Position numbers and translations under genes: made by a program
Source of the DNA: a virus
Taxonomy: Duplodnaviria; Heunggongvirae; Uroviricota; Caudoviricetes
Strand: one strand, 5' to 3'
Length of the DNA: 6,214 nucleotides
Virus record (IMG/VR): IMGVR_UViG_3300014522_000013
Shown here: piece by piece, positions 5,707 through 6,214 of the stretch
How the letters are laid out: each line of letters opens with the position of its first letter
How positions within the stretch are numbered: position 1 is the stretch's first letter
The notes under the pieces: model-generated
Databases searched by the model: none
What the model was told of the DNA's origin: nothing
Seen by the model: only the letters and a program-made list of their open reading frames with translations

Positions 5707-6177
5707 CTAATAAAACACCCAATTTTCTGTTTCTTGGTTGTGTCCAAAGTTATATTCAATATCTGGTGTTGATGTATCAATATTCTTCATCCCATCAACA
5801 AGAGTTGATACAACAGCTAAATCTTGTTTGATTCGCATCAAATGGTATTTCTTCCGGCGCAATAAACTTTCAATGGCAAGTTTCTTCGTTGGGAATGCAA
5901 AAGATCTTTCTGCATTTTTTGCTACTTTCTTAATTGCATATCTATTTCTCCTTTGTTTCCATTCCTGTAACCACTGATTTGGTGCTGGTTTAAAATTAAC
6001 AATCCAATGCGCAGGAACCAACCATGCATAATGCTCTGTCTGATGAAAAGCTATATATTGAAGTGCGAATATTTTGATCCCATCTTCTTCAACTGTCGCT
6101 TGGAATCTCCAGAAAACAGGCATTCCATCATGTTCAGTTTCTGATTCAGGAAAAGGTACGCTCCATGATTTTGTCAT
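5707..6177 (-). CDS. 156-aa orphan protein encoded in an AT-rich segment; function unknown (candidate accessory/moron gene)
   Basis: ATG at 6177 with GAGGTGA Shine-Dalgarno about 5 nt upstream. By eye the segment 5680..6214 is roughly 30-38% GC against roughly 45-60% for the rest. No family recognised (MTKSWSVPFPESETEHDGMPVFWRF...RRKKYHLMRIKQDL...). Confidence 0.75.
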   Translation of the reverse strand: MTKSWSVPFPESETEHDGMPVFWRFQATVEEDGIKIFALQYIAFHQTEHYAWLVPAHWIVNFKPAPNQWLQEWKQRRNRYAIKKVAKNAERSFAFPTKKLAIESLLRRKKYHLMRIKQDLAVVSTLVDGMKNIDTSTPDIEYNFGHNQETENWVFY

Positions 6178-6214
6178 ATCTCACCTCAAATAATTCAGTG
6201 CAGTGTTTATTCTG

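Noticed and set aside
5707-6177. An R-x4-H spacing (RRKKYH) in the orphan protein that could be read as a HEPN-like motif
   Set aside because: A single short motif in a basic region is not sufficient evidence and no surrounding HEPN-like helical context could be verified by eye; left as an untested idea.
1-6214. CRISPR arrays, integrase or att sites, IS elements and rRNA genes
   Set aside because: No direct-repeat/spacer periodicity, no integrase- or transposase-like ORFs and no rRNA-like sequence were seen; the window appears to lie wholly inside the early-left region of a prophage.

Overview
The window reads as one densely packed, leftward-transcribed (minus-strand) early operon of a lambdoid prophage from an enterobacterial host. 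Every supported gene is on the minus strand, and most neighbours are linked by overlapping stop/start codons (ATGA, GTGA, TGATG), typical of a phage PL-type operon. In transcription order (high to low coordinate) it holds: an AT-rich 156-aa orphan gene; a 78-nt masked N-run; a 322-aa protein with a very long Glu/Arg/Ala/Lys-rich segment; a lambda CIII homologue that spans the 12-nt N-run and is missing from the ORF track; an overlapping Kil-like small ORF; a 35-aa acidic micro-ORF; a 103-aa protein coupled to RecT; a RecT-family annealase; a Sipho_Gp157-family protein; a 104-aa protein with two HTH-like repeats; a 93-aa hypothetical; a coiled-coil protein; a DUF551 C-terminal-domain protein; a small membrane protein; and a Cys-rich ORF truncated at the left edge. 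No rRNA, CRISPR array, integrase or transposase is visible, and any tRNA could only lie in the masked bases. The best candidates for something undescribed are the AT-rich orphan (5707..6177) and the 322-aa charged-helix protein (4599..5567), which sit in the slot lambda/P22 use for ral/sieB/ea10/gene 17, and the RecT module that lacks a recognisable exonuclease partner. All family assignments come from reading the translations against remembered family features; no database search was possible.
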